Virus record (IMG/VR): IMGVR_UViG_3300034280_000607
Coordinates: 5,338-69,337 of that record
From: a virus
Direction: 5' to 3' (one strand)
Length of the DNA: 64,000 nt
A program made the translations under genes and the position numbers. Each line of letters starts with the position of its first letter. Within the stretch, counting starts at the first letter, position 1. The notes beneath the pieces were generated by a model. The model ran no database searches and was not told the DNA's origin. It was given only the letters and a program-made list of their open reading frames with translations. Shown here in pieces: positions 1-9,493 of this stretch.

Positions 1-882
1 CAAGATATAAAGATTAAAAGTTTATTTAACCCTAAAGAAAAGACACCTTCCATGTGTGTCTATTTTGATAAAAGTAAAAATACTTACAGATATAAAGACT
101 TTTCTTCTGGTAAAGGAGGATCTGCAGTAGACCTTGTAAAAGATTTAAAAGAACTTACATTTCATAAAGCTTGTCAACATATAGTTGAATGTTATAATGA
201 CTATGTCCTTCATAATAATGGTAGTTATGATGTAAAAGAATTTAAAGAAGCTAGTAAATATAAAGTTAAATCATATATATTTCGTTCATGGAATACTTCA
301 GATCAATACTACTGGACTCAGTTTAATATAGGTACACGTTTGTTAGAAGAATATTGTGTACGTCCTTTAGAAAATTATACACTTGAAAAAAAGCTTAATG
401 AAAAGGTAGATACATTAGTTATTTATAGCAATTATCTGTACGGTTATTTTAAAAAAGATGGTAGCTTGTATAAAATTTATCAGCCTAAAACTCTAGACAA
501 AAAGTTTATTAAAGTGCAAGATCATATCCAAGGCAGTGAGCAATTAAAATCTTCTAAATACTTAGTAATTACTAGTTCTTTAAAAGATATTATGGCACTT
601 AAAAGTCTTAAAATAGAAATGGATGTAATAGCTCCAGACTCAGAAAATAGTTTTATACGTAAAGAGTTGATGCAGGAATACATAAAATCTTATAAAAAAG
701 TAATAGTGCTATTTGATTATGATGATGCAGGTATAGCAGCTATGAATAAGTATAAAACATTATATCCAGAGATTGGCACTACTATTTTACCAATGAGTAA
801 AGATCCGTCTGACAGCATAAAAGACTTTGGTGCTAAAGAAGTGTTCTTAAGACTTATACCTATATTAGATAAAAAGTTATAA
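1..882 (+). CDS. DNA primase (DnaG/Toprim-type), 5'-truncated by window edge
   Basis: The frame is open from base 1 (QDIKIKSLFNPKEKTPSMCV...). It has a zinc-binding-like N-terminus (YKDFSSGKGG.AVDLV) and Toprim-like motifs (ITSSLKDIMAL, FDYDDAG, KDPSD). Confidence 0.8.
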   Translation, partial: QDIKIKSLFNPKEKTPSMCVYFDKSKNTYRYKDFSSGKGGSAVDLVKDLKELTFHKACQHIVECYNDYVLHNNGSYDVKEFKEASKYKVKSYIFRSWNTSDQYYWTQFNIGTRLLEEYCVRPLENYTLEKKLNEKVDTLVIYSNYLYGYFKKDGSLYKIYQPKTLDKKFIKVQDHIQGSEQLKSSKYLVITSSLKDIMALKSLKIEMDVIAPDSENSFIRKELMQEYIKSYKKVIVLFDYDDAGIAAMNKYKTLYPEIGTTILPMSKDPSDSIKDFGAKEVFLRLIPILDKKL

Positions 883-901
883 AAAATATTAACTTCTACA
901 C

Positions 902-909
902 TATATTTG
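902..909 (+). promoter_or_regulatory. Bacteroidota sigma-ABfr-type -7 box (TATATTTG)
   Basis: Exact TAnnTTTG match in the intergenic gap, ending 17 nt before the 927 ATG. Confidence 0.55.
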
Positions 910-926
910 TATAGAAAATTTATATT

Positions 927-1334
927 ATGCCTAAGAAAACTACAAAAAAACCTCGCGTAGCTAAAACTAGAAATGCAAGTACGATGACAGAAGCTGCCTT
1001 CTGGAGTTTTATACGTTCAGGTCTTAGACAGAAATCTAGATGGTGGAAACCTATTACTCAGTGTAAGTTAAAAGCTAAAAGAATATACAAAGGACCTAAT
1101 AAAAGACAAAAGTTTGAATACCAATGTAATATATGTAAACTTTGGTTTGCAGAAAAGCATATTAATGTAGACCATATACAACCTGCTGGTAGCTTAAACT
1201 GTGCAGAAGATCTTGCTGGATTTGTAGAAAGACTTTTTTGTGAAATAGACAATTTACAGGTACTCTGTGAACGTTGCCATGACATAAAAACGAAAGAAGA
1301 AAAATTAAATACATATGCCAAACCAAAAAAATAA
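927..1334 (+). CDS. HNH endonuclease
   Basis: CxxC (YQCNIC), VDHI and NLQVLCERCH(DIKT) form an HNH signature. Confidence 0.85.
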   Translation: MPKKTTKKPRVAKTRNASTMTEAAFWSFIRSGLRQKSRWWKPITQCKLKAKRIYKGPNKRQKFEYQCNICKLWFAEKHINVDHIQPAGSLNCAEDLAGFVERLFCEIDNLQVLCERCHDIKTKEEKLNTYAKPKK

Positions 1335-1635
1335 AGAAGAACTAATACAAAAAGTTATTGAACAAATAAGTGAAGATATTCACTTTCATGATCATGAAGC
1401 TTTAGAAGAATTATTAAACTTCACACCTATAAAATATCTGATAGGATATTTACCAGAAGAAGACTGGTCTAGTTTCAAAAAGATAAAAGAAGAAGAAGAA
1501 ACTAAAGAATCTATTGATGTTATAGATTTAATAAGTTTTTTAGAATATGAGGAAGGATATACAGTTGATCCAAAAAGTCAAAAACGTATACGAACTAAGC
1601 TTGAAGAACTTGGAGTGTGGAAAAAGAATAAATAA
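1315..1635 (+). CDS. hypothetical protein
   Basis: 106-aa ORF tightly packed in the operon, with phage-like codon usage. Confidence 0.65.
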   Translation: MPNQKNKEELIQKVIEQISEDIHFHDHEALEELLNFTPIKYLIGYLPEEDWSSFKKIKEEEETKESIDVIDLISFLEYEEGYTVDPKSQKRIRTKLEELGVWKKNK

Positions 1636-1652
1636 CATAAAATAAATAAACA

Positions 1653-2681
1653 ATGGAACTAGAAAGCATAATGGAAGAATCTGTAGAACTTTTAGAAAAA
1701 AGTTTCTATAATAAGAAGTTTTACTACTCATATAGTAGTTTAAATAAACTTTTATGGAGTCCTCAAGTATTCTATCAACTTTATGTACTTGGTCTGAAAG
1801 AAGAAAGAATGGAACAACATCTATTACAAGGTAAGCTTATTCACCTTCTTCTATTAGAACCTGAGAAGTTTAATCAAAAGTTTATAATGACACCACTTAC
1901 ACTACCTAAAGATAATCTAAAAGTAGTGATTGATAGAGTGTATCATCATCATGCAGAGCTAAAACGTAACGGTGATGAGCGTGCGGAACTTGCTGAGTTT
2001 GAAGGAGCTATACTAGATGTGATGAAAGATATGAATTATCATCAAAGTTTAAAGACTGATCAGCAAAGATTAGATAAAATAATAACACCTGAAGGAATTA
2101 GTTACTGGAGCTTTCTACAAAAGAAAGGTGATAAAACACTCGTTGATGCAGAAACCTATAAATATTGCTCTGATGCTGTAGAAATAATCAAAACAAATGA
2201 TAAAGTTTGCAAACTGATAGGCTGCAGTATATCAGAGTTTGAGAATAAAAAAGTAATTAATGAGCTAGAAGCATCTGTAGATTTTTCTAGCAAGTCATAT
2301 GGATTAAAGGGCATCATTGATAATGTAGTGATAGATCATGATGAAAAAATGATATATATCAATGATATTAAAACTACTAGTAAAGAGTTAAAAGATTTTA
2401 GTGAATCTGTAGAATACTATTCTTACTGGTTACAAGCTGTAATTTATATGATTATGGTAAACTTTTTATTCAATGATCTTCTAGGTCAAGGATATCAAGT
2501 TAAGTTTCACTTTGTTGTAATAGATAAAATGTTTCAAAGCTATGCATTTCCTGTTTCTGAAGAAACATTAAATAAGTGGTTAGATAGATTTCATCAATGC
2601 ATAGAAAAAGCAGAGTGGCATCTTAAAAATAAAAGTTATGAACTACCATATGAGTTTGCAAATAGTTTAGTAGTTTTATAA
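1653..2681 (+). CDS. PD-(D/E)XK nuclease (RecE/ExoVIII/Cas4-like exonuclease)
   Basis: Motifs YSYSSL, G.LIH.LLLEPE, KGIIDN..ID, INDIKTTS and Y.LQA.IY. Confidence 0.8.
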   Translation: MELESIMEESVELLEKSFYNKKFYYSYSSLNKLLWSPQVFYQLYVLGLKEERMEQHLLQGKLIHLLLLEPEKFNQKFIMTPLTLPKDNLKVVIDRVYHHHAELKRNGDERAELAEFEGAILDVMKDMNYHQSLKTDQQRLDKIITPEGISYWSFLQKKGDKTLVDAETYKYCSDAVEIIKTNDKVCKLIGCSISEFENKKVINELEASVDFSSKSYGLKGIIDNVVIDHDEKMIYINDIKTTSKELKDFSESVEYYSYWLQAVIYMIMVNFLFNDLLGQGYQVKFHFVVIDKMFQSYAFPVSEETLNKWLDRFHQCIEKAEWHLKNKSYELPYEFANSLVVL

Positions 2682-2692
2682 AATTTTTACTA

Positions 2693-3274
2693 ATGGCAGA
2701 TAAGTTAGAGAGAAAGATAAGTAATTTATACGGTAAATATTTTCAAAAGTCTAAGTCCTTCTTATATCCTGCATTGAATATAAGAAAGAGTAGTGACTTT
2801 CCTCCTACAGGTACTTATATGAGTTTAGAAGGAGTAACTAAAACAGAAGACTGTAAACTTGTATGCTCATATAAAAATGACGAGTCTGAAGACTTTTTAC
2901 ATTTTGAAAAAAAGATGTTGATTGGTAATCGTTTATTTATAAAAAAGATACCTGTAAAGTCATATAATTTATATCTATTTGATTATCAATCATATACAAA
3001 TGATTGGTTTAATGTTATAATAGGAAAATATTCTAAGTTAAGTGTTATACTAAAAGAAGCTATTAAAGAATATTACGGAGAAACTTCTGATGAGTATAAA
3101 CATATGAAAACATTTCTATATCCAGATAAATATTATGACATATATGCTCATCTTTTAGATGTAGATATAAGCCTGCTTAAAGACGTTGGAGAACTTTGTG
3201 ATCCTTGTGATATTGAAAAAGAAACATTAATAATTCCTGTAGAAGATTTGGAAATAATACAGAAATTGACTTAG
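2693..3274 (+). CDS. hypothetical protein
   Basis: 193-aa ORF in the operon; no motif recognised. Confidence 0.7.
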   Translation: MADKLERKISNLYGKYFQKSKSFLYPALNIRKSSDFPPTGTYMSLEGVTKTEDCKLVCSYKNDESEDFLHFEKKMLIGNRLFIKKIPVKSYNLYLFDYQSYTNDWFNVIIGKYSKLSVILKEAIKEYYGETSDEYKHMKTFLYPDKYYDIYAHLLDVDISLLKDVGELCDPCDIEKETLIIPVEDLEIIQKLT

Positions 3275-3279
3275 ATTTG
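3272..3279 (+). promoter_or_regulatory. Bacteroidota-type -7 box (TAGATTTG)
   Basis: Exact TAnnTTTG match, ending 20 nt before the 3300 ATG. Confidence 0.5.
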
Positions 3280-3299
3280 TAAAACTAATTTATATAACT

Positions 3300-3704
3300 A
3301 TGAATAAATGTATGATGCTAGTTACCGGCACATGGGGTAACACTAAAACTTTTAAGATGATTCCTACATCATCTGACTGCCCATTTGTAGAAGCAATCTT
3401 TGACCGTGATAGCAAAGTGCTTGCATTGATTGGTAGAGAAAAGAAAGAAAGTATGCACTTCTTTCCTAAGCTTGATGAGAATGGTGATATTAAGTACCTA
3501 AAGATGGGAAGACGTAAAGATGGTAAAGACTATGCTGAAGAAAGAAAAAGTCTTGAAAGCTATTATGAATATTATATTGAAGAACCCAGTGAGATTGTAG
3601 ATATTGTAAGTAGACTAGCTTTAAATGCAGATACATTTGACTTCAATTCTTATATTGAATTGTCTAATACTGTAGAAGAATCTACTGATCAAGTAAATAA
3701 ATAA
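3300..3704 (+). CDS. hypothetical protein
   Basis: 134-aa ORF downstream of a promoter box. Confidence 0.7.
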   Translation: MNKCMMLVTGTWGNTKTFKMIPTSSDCPFVEAIFDRDSKVLALIGREKKESMHFFPKLDENGDIKYLKMGRRKDGKDYAEERKSLESYYEYYIEEPSEIVDIVSRLALNADTFDFNSYIELSNTVEESTDQVNK

Positions 3705-3706
3705 AA

Positions 3707-3988
3707 ATGGGAATTGTTATACCTCCAATGCGTCCTATAATAGTTAAAGGTGGTGTTGCTTTATCAAATAATCACACTCTTCTAGAAAATGCTATTGGTA
3801 TACTTTTATTAATTATATTATGTAGTATACCGCATACAATACTCTGGTACTATCTAGAAATTATAGAAGAAAAAAAAGAGGATAGACCCAAATTAATTAT
3901 TAAATCGTTTATTCACAATTTCTTTTTGTACACAAGTGTTTTCATTTTTTTTGGACTTTGCTATTTAATTATGAATAAATTTCTTTAA
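3707..3988 (+). CDS. small membrane protein (2 predicted TM segments)
   Basis: Hydrophobic stretches AIGILLLIILCSIPHTILWYYL and FFLYTSVFIFFGLCYLIM. Confidence 0.6.
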   Translation: MGIVIPPMRPIIVKGGVALSNNHTLLENAIGILLLIILCSIPHTILWYYLEIIEEKKEDRPKLIIKSFIHNFFLYTSVFIFFGLCYLIMNKFL

Positions 3989-4038
3989 AGATATTTAATA
4001 AAAAAGGGGGAACAGCTTAACTGAACAAATCATTCCAT

Positions 4039-5982
4039 ATGAGTAATGAAACTCAGAGGACCCATTGGGTCATGGACTATGAAACAATAGTTAATTGTTT
4101 TGTAGGTGTATTTGTCCATTATAAAGATGATACTGTTAAGCACGTCTTTATAGTTAATAGAGACAGAAACGATATAGAAAAACTTGTCGCATTTCTACAA
4201 AAATGTGCGACAAATAAAGAGTGGCACATATCCTATAACGGATTAGCTTTTGATGCCCAGATTACCCAGTATATTATAAATAACGCAAAAAGATTAGTAT
4301 CTCTTACAACAGATAGTCTTGTAATTGAATTATATAGATATGCTCAGTCTGTAGTGAGTAGAACAGATAGAGGAGAAATGCATGACTTTCCTCCATTTAA
4401 ACTATCTATTAAGCAAATAGATTTGTTTAAGATGAATCACTGGGATAATAAAGCTAAGATGAGTAGTCTTAAATGGATACAATATTCCATGGATTGGACT
4501 AATGTAGAAGAGATGCCACATCCTCACTATGAACCTGTAGATGATGCTGAGACACTTAAAAATATAGTTAGCTATTGTTTAAATGATGTTCTTTCTACTA
4601 AAGAAATTATGGTATTTAGTAAGGAACAAATTGTTCTAAGACAGACACTAACAAATGAATATAATATTGATTTGTATAGTGCATCTGAACCTAGAATATC
4701 TAAAGAGCTATTCTTGTATTTCTTACATAAAAAGCTAGCCTGGAACAAATCTGATATTAAAATCATGAGAACACCCAGGCAGTATATAATCTTGGCAGAT
4801 TGTATACTACCTTACATAAAGTTTAAAACACCTGTATTTCAAAGTGTACTTGACTATTTCCGTACAAAAGTGATTACATCAACAAAAGACGGATTTAAAC
4901 ACACTATAGAATATAAAGGAGTTAAAACTGACTATGGATTAGGTGGTATACATGGTGCAGCTGACTGCGGTGTTTATGAGGCTAAAGCAGGTTGGACTAT
5001 AATGACATCTGATGTCATTAGTTTCTATCCTAATTTAGCTATCAAAAACGGATTTCATCCTGCACATCTACCTAAGAAAGAATTTTGTGAACTGTATGAA
5101 TGGATATTTGAGGAACGTAAAAAGATTCCTAAAACAGATCCTAAGAACTACGTTTATAAGATTATTCTTAACTCTACGTACGGACTAACTGGCGATGAAA
5201 ATAGTTTTTTGTATGATCCTAAAATGACCATGCAAATCACTATAAATGGTCAGCTTAGTCTAAGTATGTTATATGAGATGATATGTGAAGAAATTCCAGA
5301 TGCTATACCTCTAATGCAAAATACAGATGGTCTTGAAACAATGATTCCTAGTCATAGTGTAGGTAAGTATATGGATATATGTTCTAAATGGGAACAACTT
5401 ACTAAATTATCTCTAGAGCATGATCAGTATTCTAAAATGATCATCCGTGATGTAAACAACTATATTGCTATCACTAAAGAAGGTAAAGTTAAATGTAAAG
5501 GTGCATTTGAATGGGAAGACTTAGATAAGAAAAAAGTAGCTGTATTCCATAAAAATAAAAGCTTTCTTATTATTCCTAAAGCTATCTACGCATACTTTGT
5601 AAATGGTATTAAACCTGAAGACTTCTTAGATCAAAATAAAGAACTTACTGATTATTGTGCCGGTGTAAAAGCTAAAGGAGGATGGTATTTTGAAAAAAGA
5701 AGTATTCAAGATGGTAAACTGAAAATAAAACGCTTACAGAAAATTGTAAGATATTATATATCTAACAATGGTGAAAAAATAATTAAGTGTAACAAAGACG
5801 GTAGAGAAATACAAGTGGAAGCAGGAGAATGGATGCAAACAGTAGTAAACTTTATAGATAAAGAAAAACCATTTGAGGAGTATGATATTAATATGAAATA
5901 CTACTTAGATGAAATATACAAACAAATAGAACAAATAGAAAAGGTAAAACCTAAATCATTTACTCAATTATCACTTTTTTAA
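4039..5982 (+). CDS. DNA polymerase family B with 3'-5' exonuclease
   Basis: Exonuclease motifs DYET, YNGLAFD and YCLND; polymerase motifs DVISFYPN, KIILNSTYG and NTDG. Confidence 0.93.
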   Translation: MSNETQRTHWVMDYETIVNCFVGVFVHYKDDTVKHVFIVNRDRNDIEKLVAFLQKCATNKEWHISYNGLAFDAQITQYIINNAKRLVSLTTDSLVIELYRYAQSVVSRTDRGEMHDFPPFKLSIKQIDLFKMNHWDNKAKMSSLKWIQYSMDWTNVEEMPHPHYEPVDDAETLKNIVSYCLNDVLSTKEIMVFSKEQIVLRQTLTNEYNIDLYSASEPRISKELFLYFLHKKLAWNKSDIKIMRTPRQYIILADCILPYIKFKTPVFQSVLDYFRTKVITSTKDGFKHTIEYKGVKTDYGLGGIHGAADCGVYEAKAGWTIMTSDVISFYPNLAIKNGFHPAHLPKKEFCELYEWIFEERKKIPKTDPKNYVYKIILNSTYGLTGDENSFLYDPKMTMQITINGQLSLSMLYEMICEEIPDAIPLMQNTDGLETMIPSHSVGKYMDICSKWEQLTKLSLEHDQYSKMIIRDVNNYIAITKEGKVKCKGAFEWEDLDKKKVAVFHKNKSFLIIPKAIYAYFVNGIKPEDFLDQNKELTDYCAGVKAKGGWYFEKRSIQDGKLKIKRLQKIVRYYISNNGEKIIKCNKDGREIQVEAGEWMQTVVNFIDKEKPFEEYDINMKYYLDEIYKQIEQIEKVKPKSFTQLSLF

Positions 5983-5992
5983 AATTAATCGT

Positions 5993-6835
5993 ATGCCAGT
6001 AAAAACTAGCTTCGTAACAGAACAACATTTAAGAACTACACCTCTACCTAACCATGGTGGTAGGTATTCCGCAATTGGACACGGAACAATTATAGATAAT
6101 GTCCGCACTGAATTAGGTAAAGCAGGTTTCACTATTGATAAAGAATTATATAAAACCAGCCTTGATGGTCAAGTTGCCCAAGGTATATACCATCTTAACT
6201 ATGGTGAAGATAAAGATATGGGACTAATGTTTGCATGGTCTAATTCATATAACAAAATGATGAGATTTAAATGTGCTATTGGTGGACGAGTATTCATCTG
6301 TGACAACGGTGTTGTATCAGGTGATCTTGCAAACTTCCAAAGAAAGCACGTAGGTAAAACAGCTTTCGCAGATATGATTTCGTCTATACAATATCAGATT
6401 AGTCAAGCTCAAACCTATTATAATAGTCTTATAGCAGATAAAGAAATGTTAAAACAAGTAAGTCTTACTCAAGCTCAGAAAGGAAGTGTCGTGGGACGTC
6501 TTCTAATTGAACAAGATGTTCTTACACTTACACAAGTAGGTATGATACATCGTCAAATAGAAATACCTGCTCACAATTATTCTAGTAATCCAGATTCAGC
6601 TTGGGATTTGTACAACCATATAACACTTGCTTTAAAAGATTCACATCCAATGACTTATCTTTCAGATCATCAAAAAGTGCACAGCTTTTTTGTAAATGAA
6701 TTTGGTCAGTTACAAGGTTGGAATGAACCTACAGATAATAGTGATGATGGAACACCTGTAGTTTATCAGAGTGAAGAATTAGTTATGATGGAAGAAGAAC
6801 CAATTGTTAAAGAATTTGGTGTTAGTTTTAACTAA
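5993..6835 (+). CDS. DUF932/DUF945-like phage protein
   Basis: Motifs NSYNK, RVFICDNG, RKH and WDLYN.IT, typical of this family. Confidence 0.65.
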   Translation: MPVKTSFVTEQHLRTTPLPNHGGRYSAIGHGTIIDNVRTELGKAGFTIDKELYKTSLDGQVAQGIYHLNYGEDKDMGLMFAWSNSYNKMMRFKCAIGGRVFICDNGVVSGDLANFQRKHVGKTAFADMISSIQYQISQAQTYYNSLIADKEMLKQVSLTQAQKGSVVGRLLIEQDVLTLTQVGMIHRQIEIPAHNYSSNPDSAWDLYNHITLALKDSHPMTYLSDHQKVHSFFVNEFGQLQGWNEPTDNSDDGTPVVYQSEELVMMEEEPIVKEFGVSFN

Positions 6836-6865
6836 TATAAATATAGTTTTTTTTAGTTTGCAACA

Positions 6866-6908
6866 AAATAGCTCTAGGAGAATAACATCTCCTAGAGCTA
6901 TTTATTTT
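6866..6908 (+). terminator. Rho-independent terminator
   Basis: 16-bp perfect inverted repeat AAATAGCTCTAGGAGA-ataaca-TCTCCTAGAGCTATTT followed by a T-rich tract. Confidence 0.8.
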
Positions 6909-6930
6909 AATTTTTAAAAATAGAATAATT

Positions 6931-7770
6931 ATGGCAATAATTGGAATATCAGGCTATGCCGGATCAGGAAAAGACACTGTAGGTAGAATTATTCAATACT
7001 TACAATGTGCTAATGTAGGTAAACTTACATTAGAAGAAATACTAAAAAATGTAGATGAGCATGATTGGTGGTTATCTGAACAGTCTGGTTGGGAAATTAA
7101 AAAATGGTCAGGCAAGCTTAAAACTATAGCTAGTATATTAACTGGTATAGAAGAAAAAAACTTTGAAGATCAAGAGTTTAAGAAAACTTATCTACCTGAA
7201 GAATGGAATTATTATACCATATCTCTTATAGATAATGGTAAATTATTAATGCAGCATGGTACATTTAGTACTAAAGAAGAAGCTGAAGCTATTATTCCTA
7301 TGCTTAAACAAACATATGGTGTATTTAGAATGGAATATGTAGTGGGAATGAAACATATGAGTGTTAGAGAGTTCTTACAAAAACTAGGTACTGATGCTAT
7401 TAGAAATGGACTGCATCCTACTGCATGGGTGAATGCTCTTATGGCTGATTATAAACCTATTAATAATTGTCAACAGCATTCAGATGGGTTGTATTATACA
7501 GATGAACATGGAGAAAATGAAGTAATTCCTCAATACCCTAACTGGATTATTACAGATAGTAGATTTACTAATGATGCTAAAGTTGTTAAAGATGCAGGTG
7601 GTATTATGATACGTGTAGACCGTCCTGGAGTTATTGCAGTAAATGAACATCCATCTGAAATACAGTTAGATGATTACAATTTTGATTATAAGATTCTTAA
7701 TGGTTCAGATTTAGTATCTTTGATGTTCACTGTACATAATATTTTAAAAAAAGAAAAAATACTACAATGA
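6931..7770 (+). CDS. deoxynucleoside monophosphate kinase (T4 gp1/T5 dnk-like)
   Basis: Motifs IIGISGYAGSGKDT (P-loop), REFLQKLGTD, ITDSRF and HPSE. Confidence 0.85.
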   Translation: MAIIGISGYAGSGKDTVGRIIQYLQCANVGKLTLEEILKNVDEHDWWLSEQSGWEIKKWSGKLKTIASILTGIEEKNFEDQEFKKTYLPEEWNYYTISLIDNGKLLMQHGTFSTKEEAEAIIPMLKQTYGVFRMEYVVGMKHMSVREFLQKLGTDAIRNGLHPTAWVNALMADYKPINNCQQHSDGLYYTDEHGENEVIPQYPNWIITDSRFTNDAKVVKDAGGIMIRVDRPGVIAVNEHPSEIQLDDYNFDYKILNGSDLVSLMFTVHNILKKEKILQ

Positions 7771-7949
7771 CATTATTACAGAAACAAGCTATTAAGTGTG
7801 CATACGCAGACCTAAAAGGAGCACTAGAATGTTATGAAAGAGGAATTTATCATGAGCATGATTGGGAAGCACATAAGCTTAGTATAGAAGAACTTGAAGA
7901 TGAATTCAAATTTTTAACAGATGAAAATATAACGAATGAAAATAAATAA
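7767..7949 (+). CDS. hypothetical protein
   Basis: 60-aa ORF with an ATGA overlap to the upstream gene. Confidence 0.6.
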   Translation: MTLLQKQAIKCAYADLKGALECYERGIYHEHDWEAHKLSIEELEDEFKFLTDENITNENK

Positions 7950-8181
7950 CTTAACAGAAATGGAAATCAAGTTTATGCATTATAAACTTGGTATATTAGG
8001 TAGTGGTATGACTGCTCTTATAGATGCAATATTTAAATTAGATAGATCAAATAGAAATAAGATAGCTCTAGGTTTTCCTGAATTGGTTACAATTTGTAAC
8101 CGGTTTAATGATGAAAGCGGTTATTGGGAAAATTTGGAAAAGAGATTTGAAGAACAATTTAATTCTAAAACTAGTTTATGA
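7936..8181 (+). CDS. hypothetical protein
   Basis: 81-aa ORF in an overlapping operon arrangement. Confidence 0.6.
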   Translation: MKINNLTEMEIKFMHYKLGILGSGMTALIDAIFKLDRSNRNKIALGFPELVTICNRFNDESGYWENLEKRFEEQFNSKTSL

Positions 8182-8396
8182 AAGATAGATGTATAATTTG
8201 TGACAAGATCACTTTATATGATGTTACCGATCATATAGATTCCAGATATGGATATATTGAAGGTGCTGGTCAGCTATGTATAGATTGCTATGAAAAAGAA
8301 ACAAAATGCGTACAAGTACCTGTATCTGAAATAGTTAATACACCTAATGATATGGAATTAGGTAATAAAGTTAGAAAGTTATATAATAATATATGA
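8178..8396 (+). CDS. small zinc-finger protein
   Basis: Two CxxC pairs (CIIC, CIDC) with YIEGAGQLC; ATGA overlap. Confidence 0.65.
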   Translation: MKDRCIICDKITLYDVTDHIDSRYGYIEGAGQLCIDCYEKETKCVQVPVSEIVNTPNDMELGNKVRKLYNNI

Positions 8397-8668
8397 AACA
8401 CCCTAAAGAAGGTCTTAACACACTTCACTCAGATACGTGTGTTAAGGTTTTTGATCCAGAGTTAAAAAAGTTAATAGGCATCTATCCTAGTTATGCAAAA
8501 GCTAGTAATAGACTTGGTATAGATGCTAAAACTATTTTACAGAAATGTGGAAGTAAGAAAAGAGTACATTCTCCTACTTATGGAAAAGAAGTTGCTTGTA
8601 GATTATCTAAAATGGAACCAGAATACAAAGAACAAATTTTAATAAGTAGATCTAATTTTTTAAAATAA
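8393..8668 (+). CDS. NUMOD1-like helix-turn-helix DNA-binding protein
   Basis: LIGIYPSYAKASNRLGIDAKTILQKC resembles the NUMOD1 pattern; no nuclease domain is visible. Confidence 0.5.
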   Translation: MKHPKEGLNTLHSDTCVKVFDPELKKLIGIYPSYAKASNRLGIDAKTILQKCGSKKRVHSPTYGKEVACRLSKMEPEYKEQILISRSNFLK

Positions 8669-8675
8669 GAATAAT

Positions 8676-9209
8676 ATGATATTAAGTGACAAAGCTATTT
8701 TAGAAGAAATCAAAACAGGTGGTATAGTGATAGAACCACTAAATCCTGCACATGTAAATCCAAACAGTGTAGATCTTACATTAGCACCTCAATTTAAAGT
8801 TTATAAAGAGGGTGTATTAGATCCTAAAAAACCCAATGAAACTATTGAGCTCACTATTCCTGAAGAAGGGATAATACTATATCCCGGTGAAGTGTATTTA
8901 TATGCTTGTAATGAGCGTATAGGAGTGAAGAATAATATACGTGCAAAGGTAGAAGGAAAGAGTTCTTTAGGACGCCTGGGACTATTCATACATGTAACAG
9001 CTGGGTTTATAGATACAGGGTTTGAGGGAAGTTTAGTTCTAGAATTAGTAGCTACACGTGCTGTAAAAGTCTATCCTAATATGAAGATTTGTCAAATAGA
9101 ATTTGCTCGTGTAGAGGGAGAAATCTTAGAGACATATGATCAAAAGTCTGGAAGTAAATACAATGGTCAAACAGGTGTACAAGAATCAAAATATCATCAA
9201 AACTATTAA
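8676..9209 (+). CDS. dcd: dCTP deaminase
   Basis: Motifs MILSD, PNSVDLTL, GKSSLGRLGL, TAGFIDTGFEGSLVLEL, ICQI.F and KYNGQ. Confidence 0.92.
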   Translation: MILSDKAILEEIKTGGIVIEPLNPAHVNPNSVDLTLAPQFKVYKEGVLDPKKPNETIELTIPEEGIILYPGEVYLYACNERIGVKNNIRAKVEGKSSLGRLGLFIHVTAGFIDTGFEGSLVLELVATRAVKVYPNMKICQIEFARVEGEILETYDQKSGSKYNGQTGVQESKYHQNY

Positions 9210-9303
9210 AATACAAAATATGACAACAGGTACAGTAACAATGAGTCTTTCAGATGTAGATAAAATGAGAGATGACACAAAGAAAAAAGATAAACTATAA
9301 AAA

Positions 9304-9456
9304 ATGGAAATACGTTTGGAGTTATTCAGCAAAGTTAGCTGTCTGATAGGATTAGAGTATAGAAGTGGAAAAGGCTTTACTAAAGATAACGAAGTAACTT
9401 TCCATGAAATAGGCATCGGCCTGTTTTTTATAACTTTGTACCTAACTTGGTATTAG
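9304..9456 (+). CDS. small hypothetical protein (50 aa, hydrophobic C-terminus; not in ORF track)
   Basis: ATG at 9304 reads MEIRLELFSK...IGIGLFFITLYLTWY to TAG at 9454-9456, ending just before the terminator. Confidence 0.5.
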   Translation: MEIRLELFSKVSCLIGLEYRSGKGFTKDNEVTFHEIGIGLFFITLYLTWY

Positions 9457-9457
9457 T

Positions 9458-9490
9458 AAAAAAGGGGTAGTTAAAAACTACCCCTTTTTT
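9458..9490. terminator. bidirectional Rho-independent terminator between convergent modules
   Basis: AAAAAAGGGGTAGTT-aaa-AACTACCCCTTTTTT, located at the strand switch. Confidence 0.9.
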
Positions 9491-9493
9491 CTT

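Noticed and set aside
1653-2681. Cas4-like nuclease as a sign of a CRISPR system
   Set aside because: No repeat-spacer array or other cas genes are visible, and stand-alone PD-(D/E)XK nucleases are normal in crAss-like replication modules.
9186-9416. 76-aa minus-strand ORF after dcd
   Set aside because: It lies beyond the bidirectional terminator and antisense to more plausible small (+) ORFs (9220..9300 and 9304..9456).
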